Positions 50,716 to 60,686 of a stretch of 64,000 nucleotides of DNA are shown here, piece after piece. Origin of the DNA: a virus; the IMG/VR virus record IMGVR_UViG_3300037245_003639, one strand, 5' to 3'. The stretch's first letter is position 1; each line of letters starts with the position of its first letter. A program made the translations under genes and the position numbers. The notes beneath the pieces are model-generated. The model was not told the origin of the DNA, did no database searches, and worked only from the letters and a program-made list of their open reading frames with translations.

Positions 50716-51245
50716 TGTGTAACTCCCATGTTGATAAACCTCGGTTTATCGTCACTCAGAACGACATCTTTACCGCCGCCTGAGATTTCGTCGAGAATGC
50801 GATCATAATCGTCATTGGGCGTCAACCATTGAGCCCGCAGAACTCCAGGATCTTCATTGACCCATTCTGTTAGCAACTGTAGTTCTACAGCATAGTCCGC
50901 TTCAACATAAGCGAAATCGATGCTACTCCCGCTAAAGAACTCAGCGCGATGGTCATAGACATTGACAACCATCAAGTCATGTAGAAACAAAGTAGATGAT
51001 GCCCGAACCTCCAGATTGCCCTTAAAAAGCAACCCAGTCGCCAAGGACTGAATTACCAAAGTGGTTTCGTCGTGGACTTTGTGCTTAAAAATACGCCATC
51101 CGTGGATCTCTTCAAAGAGCAGACGTTGACCAGAAGGTTTGCGAAGTATCTTGAAACCATGAACCCCTTTCTGTCGGGCGTTCACGTTTCTATGCTTCCT
51201 TTGTATATACTCGACGATTTCGTCAAGAGTAGTACATCGCTTCAT
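50712..51245 (-). CDS. Hypothetical protein
   Basis: 177-aa ORF; TATAAT 5 nt upstream of the ATG. Confidence 0.4.
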   Translation of the reverse strand: MKRCTTLDEIVEYIQRKHRNVNARQKGVHGFKILRKPSGQRLLFEEIHGWRIFKHKVHDETTLVIQSLATGLLFKGNLEVRASSTLFLHDLMVVNVYDHRAEFFSGSSIDFAYVEADYAVELQLLTEWVNEDPGVLRAQWLTPNDDYDRILDEISGGGKDVVLSDDKPRFINMGVTQ

Positions 51246-51396
51246 ATCTAATTATACAGCTTCCATCCCCATAGCTGCGAAACTTAGTAATTCTTTTGGT
51301 GGGTTTATAAGACGTGTTACCAGCGATGCCACTTGCCATCTTTATCGGTATAAGGCATCGGCCTGGCAGGCACCCAGCGCCCATTGGGTAATTGAG

Positions 51397-51765
51397 TCAT
51401 AGTAGGTAATTACAATCCCTAATCATGTCCTTGAAAGTTCCCTTGGTCACTTTCATGCATCTCCGATTCGGAGTGAAATCCGCATTTTTGATCATTTCGG
51501 GCTCAAATTCGATGTCTGGCTCTGGAATCTTATTCACCACGACTTTGTTCGGACCCCATTCTTCCAGCACTTTGCCAGTTTGGTCGCATTTAAGGGTATA
51601 TTTCTCAGGCAAATTATACAAAGCCGAGATGGCAGCCATTGCTCCCTGAGCAAACCCTTTCTGCATAAATCCAAATCCTGTGAAAGGTTTGCCATCTCTA
51701 TAGATAGTGTAAGTTTTCTTACTTGCCATCTTGGGCATCCTTGTGGCTAATATGTTCGTCTTCAT
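51397..51765 (-). CDS. Hypothetical protein
   Basis: 122-aa ORF. Confidence 0.4.
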   Translation of the reverse strand: MKTNILATRMPKMASKKTYTIYRDGKPFTGFGFMQKGFAQGAMAAISALYNLPEKYTLKCDQTGKVLEEWGPNKVVVNKIPEPDIEFEPEMIKNADFTPNRRCMKVTKGTFKDMIRDCNYLL

Positions 51766-52024
51766 GATAACCCACTATCTCTGCTATTGTCTTGATGAGC
51801 GCGAGAGCATTTTCCGATACCCACTCAGTTTGCCAAATGCTTTCACTACAACTAATTTGGTTGTCTTCAATGAACTTTTTGCAGAGTTTGAGAAGTTCAT
51901 CTTTGTCTACTGTTTGTTTGGCAAAATACTCTTCCACCCGTCTGATTTTCTTGTAGCAGCTCGTGCAGACCGAGATCCCATCACAAAATTGTTGAATTTC
52001 AGCATCTGTCATGGCGCACACCAA
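51719..52024 (-). CDS. Hypothetical Cys-rich protein
   Basis: CDGISVCTSCYKK; 101 aa. Confidence 0.35.
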   Translation of the reverse strand: MVCAMTDAEIQQFCDGISVCTSCYKKIRRVEEYFAKQTVDKDELLKLCKKFIEDNQISCSESIWQTEWVSENALALIKTIAEIVGYHEDEHISHKDAQDGK

Positions 52025-52151
52025 GTAGTAACGGCCTCTTTAGCTATGCAAGTCAGCCCTGAAACAGAAATCCATATAATAAACAGTGTGCCAAGCGTAG
52101 TCATTATTGGGTCTTCTTTGAAGTTATTAACCCACCATTGCCATAGTTCTC

Positions 52152-52460
52152 TCATTTTATTACCCTAGTTCGCACTACGCTGACACCACGAAGTGCAGTA
52201 GATAGCTTTTTCCTGCCAATAACATAGAAGGACGTGCGATCACCTTCGATATCATCAATGACTTTACCAAATTCTGAGCCGCCGGCGAATGTGATTATTT
52301 CATCATATGTCCGAACTTCACCGAGAAATACCATATCATCCGATAATTCGTTCAGATACCATAATACGTCTGTCCAACTATCGAATGTATAATGATGTCC
52401 ATTCCAATCAAATTCGTAGGTATGCACCCCATCGACCGGTAACAGTTTATCTATGATCAT
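52152..52460 (-). CDS. Hypothetical protein
   Basis: 102-aa ORF. Confidence 0.35.
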   Translation of the reverse strand: MIIDKLLPVDGVHTYEFDWNGHHYTFDSWTDVLWYLNELSDDMVFLGEVRTYDEIITFAGGSEFGKVIDDIEGDRTSFYVIGRKKLSTALRGVSVVRTRVIK

Positions 52461-53539
52461 TATTCACCAAAAAACTCTGCCTCTTTGAAACGATACCATC
52501 GAATATGAGGAGTGGGAGCATCATCCTTAATGTAGTTCACAACTATTATCTCACCGCCGTCCTCCCGTTCGCTGTTTTTAGGAAGTTGACACCAGCCGGT
52601 ATAACCACTATCGCATTTCATATGCCGGTCAAAATCCAGTTCTCTCAACTTTTGAAGTCCCATGCCACCAATAGTAGGGGCCATGTCCTGTATCCAGCAG
52701 GCCATCGTGGATCTGGCCCAATAGTAGCTTTCCATAGACATACATCGACGATAGGTGACGAGGAGATTCCCTGAGTCTAAAACTCCTGCTGTAGGTCTGT
52801 GGCACCCAAACAACAACGAGGTTTTAGCGGCTGACCAACACTTACCATCGACAGATGTCACGTAATAACCCGGCGAATAATCAGCACAGTGCGACCGTAG
52901 AAAACAATAGAGCGTGCCTCTATGACTAAAGATGGAACCTTCACAGTGATCGATATTAGCATCCCAGACTATCTGGTGCTTCTCCCATTTATCCATACTG
53001 CACCAATCGGCGAAATCTTCTAACGAGCCAGAATGGCCGATCCAAGCATTAGCAACCAGATGCCCATGCTCCCCCATGGTATGTGTGGTGGTGATCAGAT
53101 GGCCATCAGGAGTTCTTGTTATTCTGTCGGGTAGAATACCGGTAATGTTCGTTGGAATGAGTCTGTCAATTGCCAAGCCATCGCGAGTTGTTTGCGGTAT
53201 CTTGGTTAGAAAAACTTGAGTTTTCTCAGGGTCGTTCTCGGCCTCAAAATAGTCCTTGGGGTCTTTTACCGAGTCAACCAGATCACAGATAACCCATAGT
53301 TCCCCATCAACAACCGAGAGCCTCGGACAATTCCAACGGCGGTTGCTTTCGTGAACAGAGTATGGACGAGAGAAAGTATTCCCCCCATCCGATGACACTG
53401 CCATACGTATAGCAGTATCACTCGTGGCTCGATGCCGATTGGATTCCCTGTAAACAACGTAAACCTTACCGTTGAGGTATGCTACGTCAGGATGCCCTTG
53501 CCATACCGCGTCGTTTCGAGTGACTATTCCTTTTTCCAT
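52460..53539 (-). CDS. BNR/Asp-box repeat glycosidase (sialidase-like beta-propeller)
   Basis: Asp-box SxDxGxT(W/F) motifs: AVSSDGGNTF, VTSVDGKCWS. Confidence 0.5.
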   Translation of the reverse strand: MEKGIVTRNDAVWQGHPDVAYLNGKVYVVYRESNRHRATSDTAIRMAVSSDGGNTFSRPYSVHESNRRWNCPRLSVVDGELWVICDLVDSVKDPKDYFEAENDPEKTQVFLTKIPQTTRDGLAIDRLIPTNITGILPDRITRTPDGHLITTTHTMGEHGHLVANAWIGHSGSLEDFADWCSMDKWEKHQIVWDANIDHCEGSIFSHRGTLYCFLRSHCADYSPGYYVTSVDGKCWSAAKTSLLFGCHRPTAGVLDSGNLLVTYRRCMSMESYYWARSTMACWIQDMAPTIGGMGLQKLRELDFDRHMKCDSGYTGWCQLPKNSEREDGGEIIVVNYIKDDAPTPHIRWYRFKEAEFFGE

Positions 53540-53572
53540 TTCTTCTTCTTTGAAATTGCCTTCTAAATCTGC

Positions 53573-53833
53573 TCAAAGATCCAACACTGTCACTGCGCTG
53601 ATTCCCTCAAATGATATTCCGCAATGCTGACCACCGTGAAACCTTATCTCCGCTGACGTGGGTTCAACATATTCTTTCGAACGTTTTTGTTTTTGCAGAA
53701 AAGACTTGAACTTATTTGCCCATTTGCTCGCCTCCTTGAAACCGTCAAATTTCTCAGTATGGACAAGTTGGACAGGAAAAAGTGGAGGCAGAGTCCCAAG
53801 AACAACATCCACATGGAATTTGGTCATTTCCAA
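53573..53833 (-). CDS. Hypothetical protein
   Basis: 86-aa ORF. Confidence 0.3.
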   Translation of the reverse strand: MEMTKFHVDVVLGTLPPLFPVQLVHTEKFDGFKEASKWANKFKSFLQKQKRSKEYVEPTSAEIRFHGGQHCGISFEGISAVTVLDL

Positions 53834-53917
53834 ACCCTTTCACTCAGATATCATAAACTCCGTCTTTGAAAATCACAAGCCCTTTCTGATACAAAGATGC
53901 AGCACAAAAACATTCCT

Positions 53918-55918
53918 CTATTTCTTCTTATACTTCTTCTTTGTAGTTTCTTTGAAATTACCTTCCAAATCTGCCAGGTTCTTACACTTCGGATAAGCAG
54001 CACAGCCGTAGAACTCCCCGTACTTGCTCGTTCGTTTGACCATCTTGCCACCGCACTTGTTGCAAGGAAAGTCAGCATATTCTTTCGGCTTCGGCGGCTC
54101 TTTCTCTTTGGGTTTACCGTCGTCACCAACATTGGCAGTGTAATCGCAAGAGCCTTCTACCACAACCTTTTTATCCTTCTTCGCAGGTTTATAGTTTTCA
54201 CACGCAAAGAATGGCCCAAACTTCGAGTGCTTCGACAGAAGCGTGCCATGACACTTTGGGCATTCATGCTCAGTCATCTGAGACTGCTGTTTAACTTTCT
54301 TGCCTCGCTCGATATCTTCCTTAAGTCGCTTCCAGAAGTCAGCCAGAACTTCGGATCGGCTCTTCGTGGCAGACTGAATCTCATCCAACAGGGCTTCCAT
54401 CTTAGCGGTGAATTTGGTGTCAACGAAGCAGACATCAGCGGCCTTCAGGAACTCTATCACCTTGAGGCCTAATTCCGTGGCGCTAATCGATTTGCCCTTC
54501 TTAGAGATGTAATCCCGAGCTTTCAGGGTCTCCACAAACGAGCCAAAAGTCGCGGGACGAGCAATTTGTAAGTCCTCGCATTTTTTGTTGAGTGAACCAT
54601 CGCTATAGCGGGGCGGCGGTTGGGTGAATTTCTGTTCTTTCTCCAGGGTTTTGAGCGTACAAAGCTCGCCCTCAGACAGCTTGGGCAATACATTCTCTTT
54701 GCCACTACCATAGGTCCACACCTTTCGGTAGCCGTCAAAGAGAACTACGTTACCATTACTGATGAAGTCGTAGTCTGCGATGCGAGTGACTACTTTCGTG
54801 CGCTCATCACAACCAGATGCCATTTGAGAAGCAATGGCCCGACGCCAAATCATATCATAGAGCTTAGATCCATCTCCCCCTAAACTCAGGTGAGCATTTA
54901 CGTCGGTTGGACGGCAACACTCGTGGGCTTCCTGGGCTCCCGCCTTCGCCTTGTACATACGAGGAGATGAAGGAAGATACTTTGCCCCATGAGCATGAGA
55001 GATATGCCCACGGATGTCAGTGATAGCATCCATTGCCATAAATGGAGCATCAGTTCGGTGGTAGGTGATATGACCGGCTTCGTACAAAGATTGAGCGACC
55101 TTCATCATCTTGGACGCTCCCCAACCGAAGATAGATGAAGCCGCCTGAGTCATTGACGCCGTGGTAAACGGAGGCCACGGATTAGCAGCAACTTCTTTGC
55201 TCTCGACGCTGGTAACCGTAGGGCTTCCTTTAATTACAGCATCGTAAATCTCGGTAGCCTTCTTCTCATTAGAAACTTTGATTTTACTGTTCAAGACAGC
55301 CGTATATGGCTCGCCTTTACTGCTCAGCAGATACGCTGTCAAAACCCAATATTCTTCGGGTTTGAAGCTGGTGATCTCAAGCTCGCGCTCAACGATAATA
55401 GCCAGGATGGCGCTTTGCACTCTCCCTGCCGAGCGACCCCCGGTAGCTTGTTTTGTCAGATAGGAAGTCTTATAGCCGCATAGACGGTCAAGTAATCGGC
55501 GCACAAGGTAAGCGTCAATCTTCTTCTCATCCAACTTGCCGGGATTAGCTATAGCCTGAGTGATTCCTTTCTTCGTGATTTCGTTGGTTGTAGCCCGAAC
55601 AATTTTAGCTTTGCTTTTGCCTTTGATGAGATTAGCGAGATGCCACGCGATGGCTTCGCCTTCGCGATCTTCATCAGTCATCATGAAAATCTGCTTGGCA
55701 TTTTTAGCCGCAGCTTGCAGTTTCTTGACTACAGCCGCCTTGTCATCCTTGATTTCCCAACTCGGTTCAAAATCTTTCTTGATGTCGATTCCGAGCTGAC
55801 GTTCAGGCAAATCTACGCAATGACCTATAGACGCCATTACTTCGTAATCGTTACTTAGAGCCGCCCGGAACTTTTTGATTTTGCCTGCCGACTCTATGAT
55901 AACTAGGTTCGCCGCCAC
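53918..55918 (-). CDS. topA: DNA topoisomerase I (type IA) with C-terminal zinc ribbons
   Basis: Toprim start LVIIESAGKIKKF. C4 zinc ribbons CPKCHG...C and CNKCGG...C. AGGAG RBS with GTG/ATG start. Confidence 0.85.
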   Translation of the reverse strand: MAANLVIIESAGKIKKFRAALSNDYEVMASIGHCVDLPERQLGIDIKKDFEPSWEIKDDKAAVVKKLQAAAKNAKQIFMMTDEDREGEAIAWHLANLIKGKSKAKIVRATTNEITKKGITQAIANPGKLDEKKIDAYLVRRLLDRLCGYKTSYLTKQATGGRSAGRVQSAILAIIVERELEITSFKPEEYWVLTAYLLSSKGEPYTAVLNSKIKVSNEKKATEIYDAVIKGSPTVTSVESKEVAANPWPPFTTASMTQAASSIFGWGASKMMKVAQSLYEAGHITYHRTDAPFMAMDAITDIRGHISHAHGAKYLPSSPRMYKAKAGAQEAHECCRPTDVNAHLSLGGDGSKLYDMIWRRAIASQMASGCDERTKVVTRIADYDFISNGNVVLFDGYRKVWTYGSGKENVLPKLSEGELCTLKTLEKEQKFTQPPPRYSDGSLNKKCEDLQIARPATFGSFVETLKARDYISKKGKSISATELGLKVIEFLKAADVCFVDTKFTAKMEALLDEIQSATKSRSEVLADFWKRLKEDIERGKKVKQQSQMTEHECPKCHGTLLSKHSKFGPFFACENYKPAKKDKKVVVEGSCDYTANVGDDGKPKEKEPPKPKEYADFPCNKCGGKMVKRTSKYGEFYGCAAYPKCKNLADLEGNFKETTKKKYKKK

Positions 55919-56124
55919 GCTTTATCTCCTAAAAAGGAAGGAGCCCGACTTTAGGAAGAGTCAGGCTCGTATCCGATTTAATTTTTTAATGATTCCAAAT
56001 TAAGTTTAGCCACGCAAACCCGCCTTTCGGCATCGGGGCCATTGCCCACAGCGTCCCAAACCATCCCTGGCGATTTTAGTAGCAATCCATTGCCACCGTC
56101 AAATAATTTAATCTATCAAAAATG

Positions 56125-56385
56125 TCAACGGTTCTTTTTGTTACTCTGGATTTCAGTTGGCAGATCAACTAAACGCCGACGAGCACCAGGGGGCGTTTGA
56201 ATATGATTACCGACTACTCGCACTCCAGCTACTTCACCCTTTTTGGCCATGCGGGTGATCTGGCTGGTTGAGTAGAACTCCTTTGCAGCTTTGTATCCAA
56301 TTGTGTGACGTTTCGTGTTCACAACACGCTTCGTAAGCCGAAGGCGTCGGCTCTTTGTAGCAACAATACCACGTTTCTTAGTCAT
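56125..56385 (-). CDS. Small highly basic protein
   Basis: 86 aa, Lys/Arg-rich; flanked by hairpins. Confidence 0.35.
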   Translation of the reverse strand: MTKKRGIVATKSRRLRLTKRVVNTKRHTIGYKAAKEFYSTSQITRMAKKGEVAGVRVVGNHIQTPPGARRRLVDLPTEIQSNKKNR

Positions 56386-56459
56386 ATCAATCTCCTGAAA
56401 TCTGCCTTATAAGGCAGCCGAGCCATTATACACCTTTGTGCCCAACTGAAGTGTAAAAA

Positions 56460-57248
56460 TTACACTTTATTGTGAACAGGTCGGCATTCATATAACCCGT
56501 CATCAGTGGAAATCCGCTCAAAGTCTTGGAAAAGGAACGGATACTTCTCTTTGGCAACATCATAGACCTCACAGAAGACCTTCCGAATTTCGACTTCGGC
56601 CACCGGCGAAGTTCTCATCTGAATAACCCAACGGAGCGCCCTGAGATTAAACGTGGTAGCGATACCCGTAGCTACGCCGATTGGAGCAATGCGACGAAAA
56701 GCAGAAGTAAGTTGCTTCTTCTGATGGAAGTCTTTCATCTCATCAATGCTATAAATGCGAGCAAGTTCTTTCTGGCCCCATTCGCATTTCTCAATGACTT
56801 CCGCAAAGACTTCCATCGCTTCAGGATTGTCAGCAATGATATCTGGAATCCAAAACCGCAAGTTATCCAAACGAACGTAACGGAGGCTCACCTGGGAAAA
56901 CGCCATTCCGGCCCGATGCCTAACTAACTCATGTGTGAAAACCCGAGAAACGTCCTCAAAGGCAAAGGAAATCGACGGATGTTCCATCACAGAGCCATGG
57001 GCGCTTTCCAGGATATTGGCATGATACTTTTCACTGTCTGTCCGAACTTTGCTGATGTTTGGATTCAGCCCCACATCGAAGCTTCGATAACAGTTGCGAC
57101 CAGCCAGTTCAACAAGCTGCTCGCCGTCATCTCCGTCAATATGATCGAGAGCTTTTAGCCCACCCACATGTTTAAGCCAGGCAGCCACTCCATCTTCGTC
57201 CAATTGAGTATAAGCGACGAGGAAAACTTTCGGTTCAACTTTGATCAT
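56460..57248 (-). CDS. thyX: Flavin-dependent thymidylate synthase
   Basis: ThyX signature ELVRHRAGMAFSQVSLRYV (RHR...SQ.S.RYV). Confidence 0.85.
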   Translation of the reverse strand: MIKVEPKVFLVAYTQLDEDGVAAWLKHVGGLKALDHIDGDDGEQLVELAGRNCYRSFDVGLNPNISKVRTDSEKYHANILESAHGSVMEHPSISFAFEDVSRVFTHELVRHRAGMAFSQVSLRYVRLDNLRFWIPDIIADNPEAMEVFAEVIEKCEWGQKELARIYSIDEMKDFHQKKQLTSAFRRIAPIGVATGIATTFNLRALRWVIQMRTSPVAEVEIRKVFCEVYDVAKEKYPFLFQDFERISTDDGLYECRPVHNKV

Positions 57249-57714
57249 TTTTCACCTCAAATTCATCTTTGGCTGCGTCATAGCCGTCTCCATAACCTTC
57301 TTCACGACAGGTATCAGAATCTGCGGCTCCATCATTGAAACCTTCGTCATACCTGGCGTCAGAATCTTCTAGACCAATATTATAGCCTTCAGCGTAACCA
57401 TCGCCTTTGCCCTCATCATAACCATCAGCATGACCATCGGCTTGGCCCTCATCATAGCCATCGTCTTTGCCATCAGCACAACCATCAGCATAGCCCTCGG
57501 CTTTGCCCTCGGCTTTACCTGCATCGAAAGCGGCAGCGCCCCATTCTTTTTCATCAAGCTCTTTGATAGGGTCCAGCGTCAAAGGGCTGCCCTCCCCATG
57601 TTTATGCACCAGAAAAGCATAAAGCTGAGCCAGTTCGGTTAAAGTCATGTTTTTGACAGGAAGTTTTTCAAGACGGGCTCCATACAGCGGTTTTTCACCA
57701 GTCTTGGCAATCAT
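57235..57714 (-). CDS. Acidic (D/E-G-Y) tandem-repeat protein
   Basis: AEGYADGCADGKDDGYDEGQADGHADGYDEGKGDGYAEGYNIG; DNA-level repeats at about 57290-57540. Confidence 0.4.
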   Translation of the reverse strand: MIAKTGEKPLYGARLEKLPVKNMTLTELAQLYAFLVHKHGEGSPLTLDPIKELDEKEWGAAAFDAGKAEGKAEGYADGCADGKDDGYDEGQADGHADGYDEGKGDGYAEGYNIGLEDSDARYDEGFNDGAADSDTCREEGYGDGYDAAKDEFEVKNDQS

Positions 57715-58106
57715 TCCAAACCTCCGAATTCAACATCCTCATGAATAAACTGGATAGAACGAGCATTTGGAATAGCTGTGCGAATCTCTTCTTCGACTAT
57801 TTCAGTATCAACATCCTCTGCATTCTGATGCTTGATTGTTACTACTAAATCTCTGTTCCTAAATTCACTGCGGCTATAAAACTCAATACCCATATTAACC
57901 AGCATTGGAAAATAGACGCCATCGGGTTCGAGACTGTCAATTTGCTGAATAAGACTGCGAAGCTTAGCTTTCTCAACATGACCATATTTCTCTTCATTTA
58001 GACAGATGAAGACAATAGAATCACGGAGGTCTTCTCGTTTGGCAGCTAAGACTTTGAGATGACGGCTATCTATGACAGGGGTTGCTCGCTTCTTCTCAAG
58101 AGACAT
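57711..58106 (-). CDS. Hypothetical protein
   Basis: 131-aa ORF. Confidence 0.4.
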   Translation of the reverse strand: MSLEKKRATPVIDSRHLKVLAAKREDLRDSIVFICLNEEKYGHVEKAKLRSLIQQIDSLEPDGVYFPMLVNMGIEFYSRSEFRNRDLVVTIKHQNAEDVDTEIVEEEIRTAIPNARSIQFIHEDVEFGGLE

Positions 58107-59054
58107 CTACGTCCAACCTTTCCCTTCCAAATATTCCGCTATGTTCAAGTGCCATCTATACGGCGATATCTCTTCATTATACTCAATCAGAGTCACACTA
58201 TGATTCTCAGCCATTAATAACGATTTATTCCAGTCATCTTTATCAACCATATCAGATCCTATCTTCCCATAGATAACCTTTTTGATGCCCGCCTGAATGA
58301 TATCTTTAATACATCCCGAGCATGGCTTGCCAGTTACATATAGGATGCAACCTTTCGGACGACGGGGACTATTCAGCACTGCGTTTCTTTCTGCATGAAT
58401 TACGAACGCATATTTCTCGGGTCGAGTGGTGGGATAATCCTTAGTGCCTCCGCGAGGAAATCCATTATATCCCTGTCCCATCGGAATATTATCTTCATCA
58501 ACAATAACTGCTCCATGTTTAGTAGATGGATCAGGTGAACGGCTAAGGACCGCAGTAGCTTCCAACATAAAGTATTCGGTCCAACTGGGTCGCCGAGACC
58601 ACTTTTTAGACGTGGGTGTACCACCTAAAAGACTCAAAACCTCATCACGAACCTTTTGGACATCCAATCCCAGGTTCATCAATATCTGTGCTGCAATTCC
58701 ATCTCCTTCCCGAAGTAGCCCGAGCAATATATGCTCAGTGCCCAAGTAGTTATTGTGCAACTCCCGGGCTTCCTCCACCGCATATTCCAATACTCGTTTG
58801 GAGCGAGGCGTCTGCGGGAGCTTACCCATAGTCACCATCTCGGGGCCACTCTTGACCAACTTCTCGACTTCAAGCCGCACTTTTCGCAAGTCAACACCCA
58901 GTTTCTTCAACACGTTGGCGGCGACGCCGGAGCCCTCTTTCACCAGCCCTAGCAAAATATGCTCGGTGCCGATATATTCATGGTTGAAGCGTTGCGCTTC
59001 TTGATTAGCCAGAGCCATGATCTTGCGGCTCCTATCCGTCCATCGTTCAAACAT
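58107..59054 (-). CDS. Fusion protein: tandem Clp N-terminal (Clp_N) repeats plus dCMP/cytidine deaminase domain
   Basis: Two Clp_N repeats (FNHEYIGTEHILLGLVKEGSGVAANVL; HNNYLGTEHILLGLLREGDGIAAQIL), then the deaminase zinc motifs HAERNAV...PCSGC. Confidence 0.7.
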   Translation of the reverse strand: MFERWTDRSRKIMALANQEAQRFNHEYIGTEHILLGLVKEGSGVAANVLKKLGVDLRKVRLEVEKLVKSGPEMVTMGKLPQTPRSKRVLEYAVEEARELHNNYLGTEHILLGLLREGDGIAAQILMNLGLDVQKVRDEVLSLLGGTPTSKKWSRRPSWTEYFMLEATAVLSRSPDPSTKHGAVIVDEDNIPMGQGYNGFPRGGTKDYPTTRPEKYAFVIHAERNAVLNSPRRPKGCILYVTGKPCSGCIKDIIQAGIKKVIYGKIGSDMVDKDDWNKSLLMAENHSVTLIEYNEEISPYRWHLNIAEYLEGKGWT

Positions 59055-59084
59055 CTTTTCCTCCTAGAAACCATTTATTGTGCA

Positions 59085-60326
59085 TCACGGCGCCGATCGC
59101 GTAATCACGCGGCAGTCGTTGCGACGGACCCCGTTTGTGATTAAACAGTCGCCCGGCTTTCGCACCAGAATATCCACTTCAGTCAATTCGCCATTAGTCG
59201 CGTCGAATGCCCGTAGTGGCCGCCGCCCTTTGTCTCGAATCGACTGGTCACGAGACAGCAGCCCAAGATAACGCGAGCGGAGATCAATACGCGAATACCG
59301 GACGGCCCCGCCGTCGAGATGTACCAAGGCGTTCGCGGCACCCTTCGTCGCCCACTCGTACTGTGCCATGCCGGCTTCGAGCGAATTCTGCTCGATGATG
59401 CTGTCCTCTAGTATCCCCGTTATCCGTATCGAGGATTCGAGCGATTGAAGTAGGTTGTTCTGGAGCCGCAGCCCACGCACCCGTCCGACGATCTGTATCG
59501 CGTTTACCGTGCCGTGCGTTTCCGCTTCCAACCCCGAGATTACAATCTGTTCGCAAGGTCGGCCAGTCGCCGGACCACCAATCTGGATACCAGCTAGTCC
59601 GCCCCCACCCAGTTGCGTGCGATCCAACATCTTGTTCGACATACTTCCGCCGGTGATATAAAACCAACCAGTGCCGTCTTGAATGATGATGTTGACCTCG
59701 GTATCAGTACGCGAGTAAACGCCCCAAGTGCAACCAAGAAACTGCTGACAAAGATTCGAGCCACCCGCGACCTCACCAAACGGACTCGTGACACCGAAAG
59801 TATTGGTGCGACTCGTAATGAAGTTACCGCCTCCTGGCGAATTGTTCATGAACAAGCAGTGCGTATAAAGATTGACCTCGCTGCCAAACGACACGATCGT
59901 CGCGAGCTTCACGGGAGCTTCCCACCGAATCCCATCAAACTGATGACGCCCGGCCGACGCGCCGCTCTTGTCCCGCGCCAACACCAGACCAACGCGCGGC
60001 ATATTGTTTCGGGATGTCACCTTGAGTTGATTCAAAGCGCACCATTGCGCTCCGGTCATGTCGATCAGCAATGGCCAGTCAGGACCAACCACGAAAGCAA
60101 TCTCGGTGGCACGACCTTCACCGATGATCCGCACGCCGGTGCGGCCGCGCAGATTGAGTGGCTCGTGCTGCCAGTATACGCGCGGCTCCAACTGAATCGT
60201 TCCGCCGCGAGACGACAGCGCGTCAATTGCATCTTGCAAGTTTTCTCGTGAATTTTGAGCTAGCGAGATACTCGACAGAACCAGAGTGGCCACCAGCCAT
60301 CGAATTAAAATAAATGCTTTAGTCAT
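59085..60326 (-). CDS. Secreted right-handed beta-helix protein (pectate-lyase fold; putative polysaccharide depolymerase)
   Basis: Signal peptide MTKAFILIRWLVATLVLSSISLAQ and beta-helix repeats. GC about 58 %, well above the flanking genes. Confidence 0.55.
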   Translation of the reverse strand: MTKAFILIRWLVATLVLSSISLAQNSRENLQDAIDALSSRGGTIQLEPRVYWQHEPLNLRGRTGVRIIGEGRATEIAFVVGPDWPLLIDMTGAQWCALNQLKVTSRNNMPRVGLVLARDKSGASAGRHQFDGIRWEAPVKLATIVSFGSEVNLYTHCLFMNNSPGGGNFITSRTNTFGVTSPFGEVAGGSNLCQQFLGCTWGVYSRTDTEVNIIIQDGTGWFYITGGSMSNKMLDRTQLGGGGLAGIQIGGPATGRPCEQIVISGLEAETHGTVNAIQIVGRVRGLRLQNNLLQSLESSIRITGILEDSIIEQNSLEAGMAQYEWATKGAANALVHLDGGAVRYSRIDLRSRYLGLLSRDQSIRDKGRRPLRAFDATNGELTEVDILVRKPGDCLITNGVRRNDCRVITRSAP

Positions 60327-60335
60327 TGCTATCTC

Positions 60336-60686
60336 CTAGGCGAATCCCATCCCTTTCTTATAGAGAACCCAATGTCCTTCGCCTTGTCGCTGATAGTGTC
60401 TTTCACTCATAGGAGCAACAAGGTGGATTCTCCAATCATGGTCTGGATCTTTGACTGCCATTTCCTCTGCCGTAGCAGTTGTGATGATACCTTCTTCATG
60501 CTGGGGGTCTTCTTGATAGACAGTTTCACCATCTCTCGAAAGGGATGCATCCCCGAAGCCCACTGCAATGATACTCTCACCAACAGGAAGAACAGCGTGT
60601 TGATAACCACAAATCAAACAACCGCCATAACCTCCTTCAATAGCCGGAAGTTTCTCCCAGTTCGGTTTAATTTTCTTTTTAGCCAT
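60336..60686 (-). CDS. Hypothetical protein
   Basis: 116-aa ORF. Confidence 0.35.
   Translation of the reverse strand: MAKKKIKPNWEKLPAIEGGYGGCLICGYQHAVLPVGESIIAVGFGDASLSRDGETVYQEDPQHEEGIITTATAEEMAVKDPDHDWRIHLVAPMSERHYQRQGEGHWVLYKKGMGFA

Noticed and set aside
51246-51396. tRNA genes in the larger intergenic gaps (51246-51396, 55919-56124, 29637-29792, 31887-32046)
   Set aside because: By eye there is no GTTCRANYC T-loop box, no D-loop consensus and no cloverleaf-compatible inverted repeats. A tRNAscan-SE run would be the definitive check.
53851-54132. 93-aa minus-strand ORF at the 3' end of topA (and the + strand ORF 53897-54472)
   Set aside because: Both are out of frame within, or antisense to, the well-supported topA C-terminal zinc-ribbon region. 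They have no independent signals.
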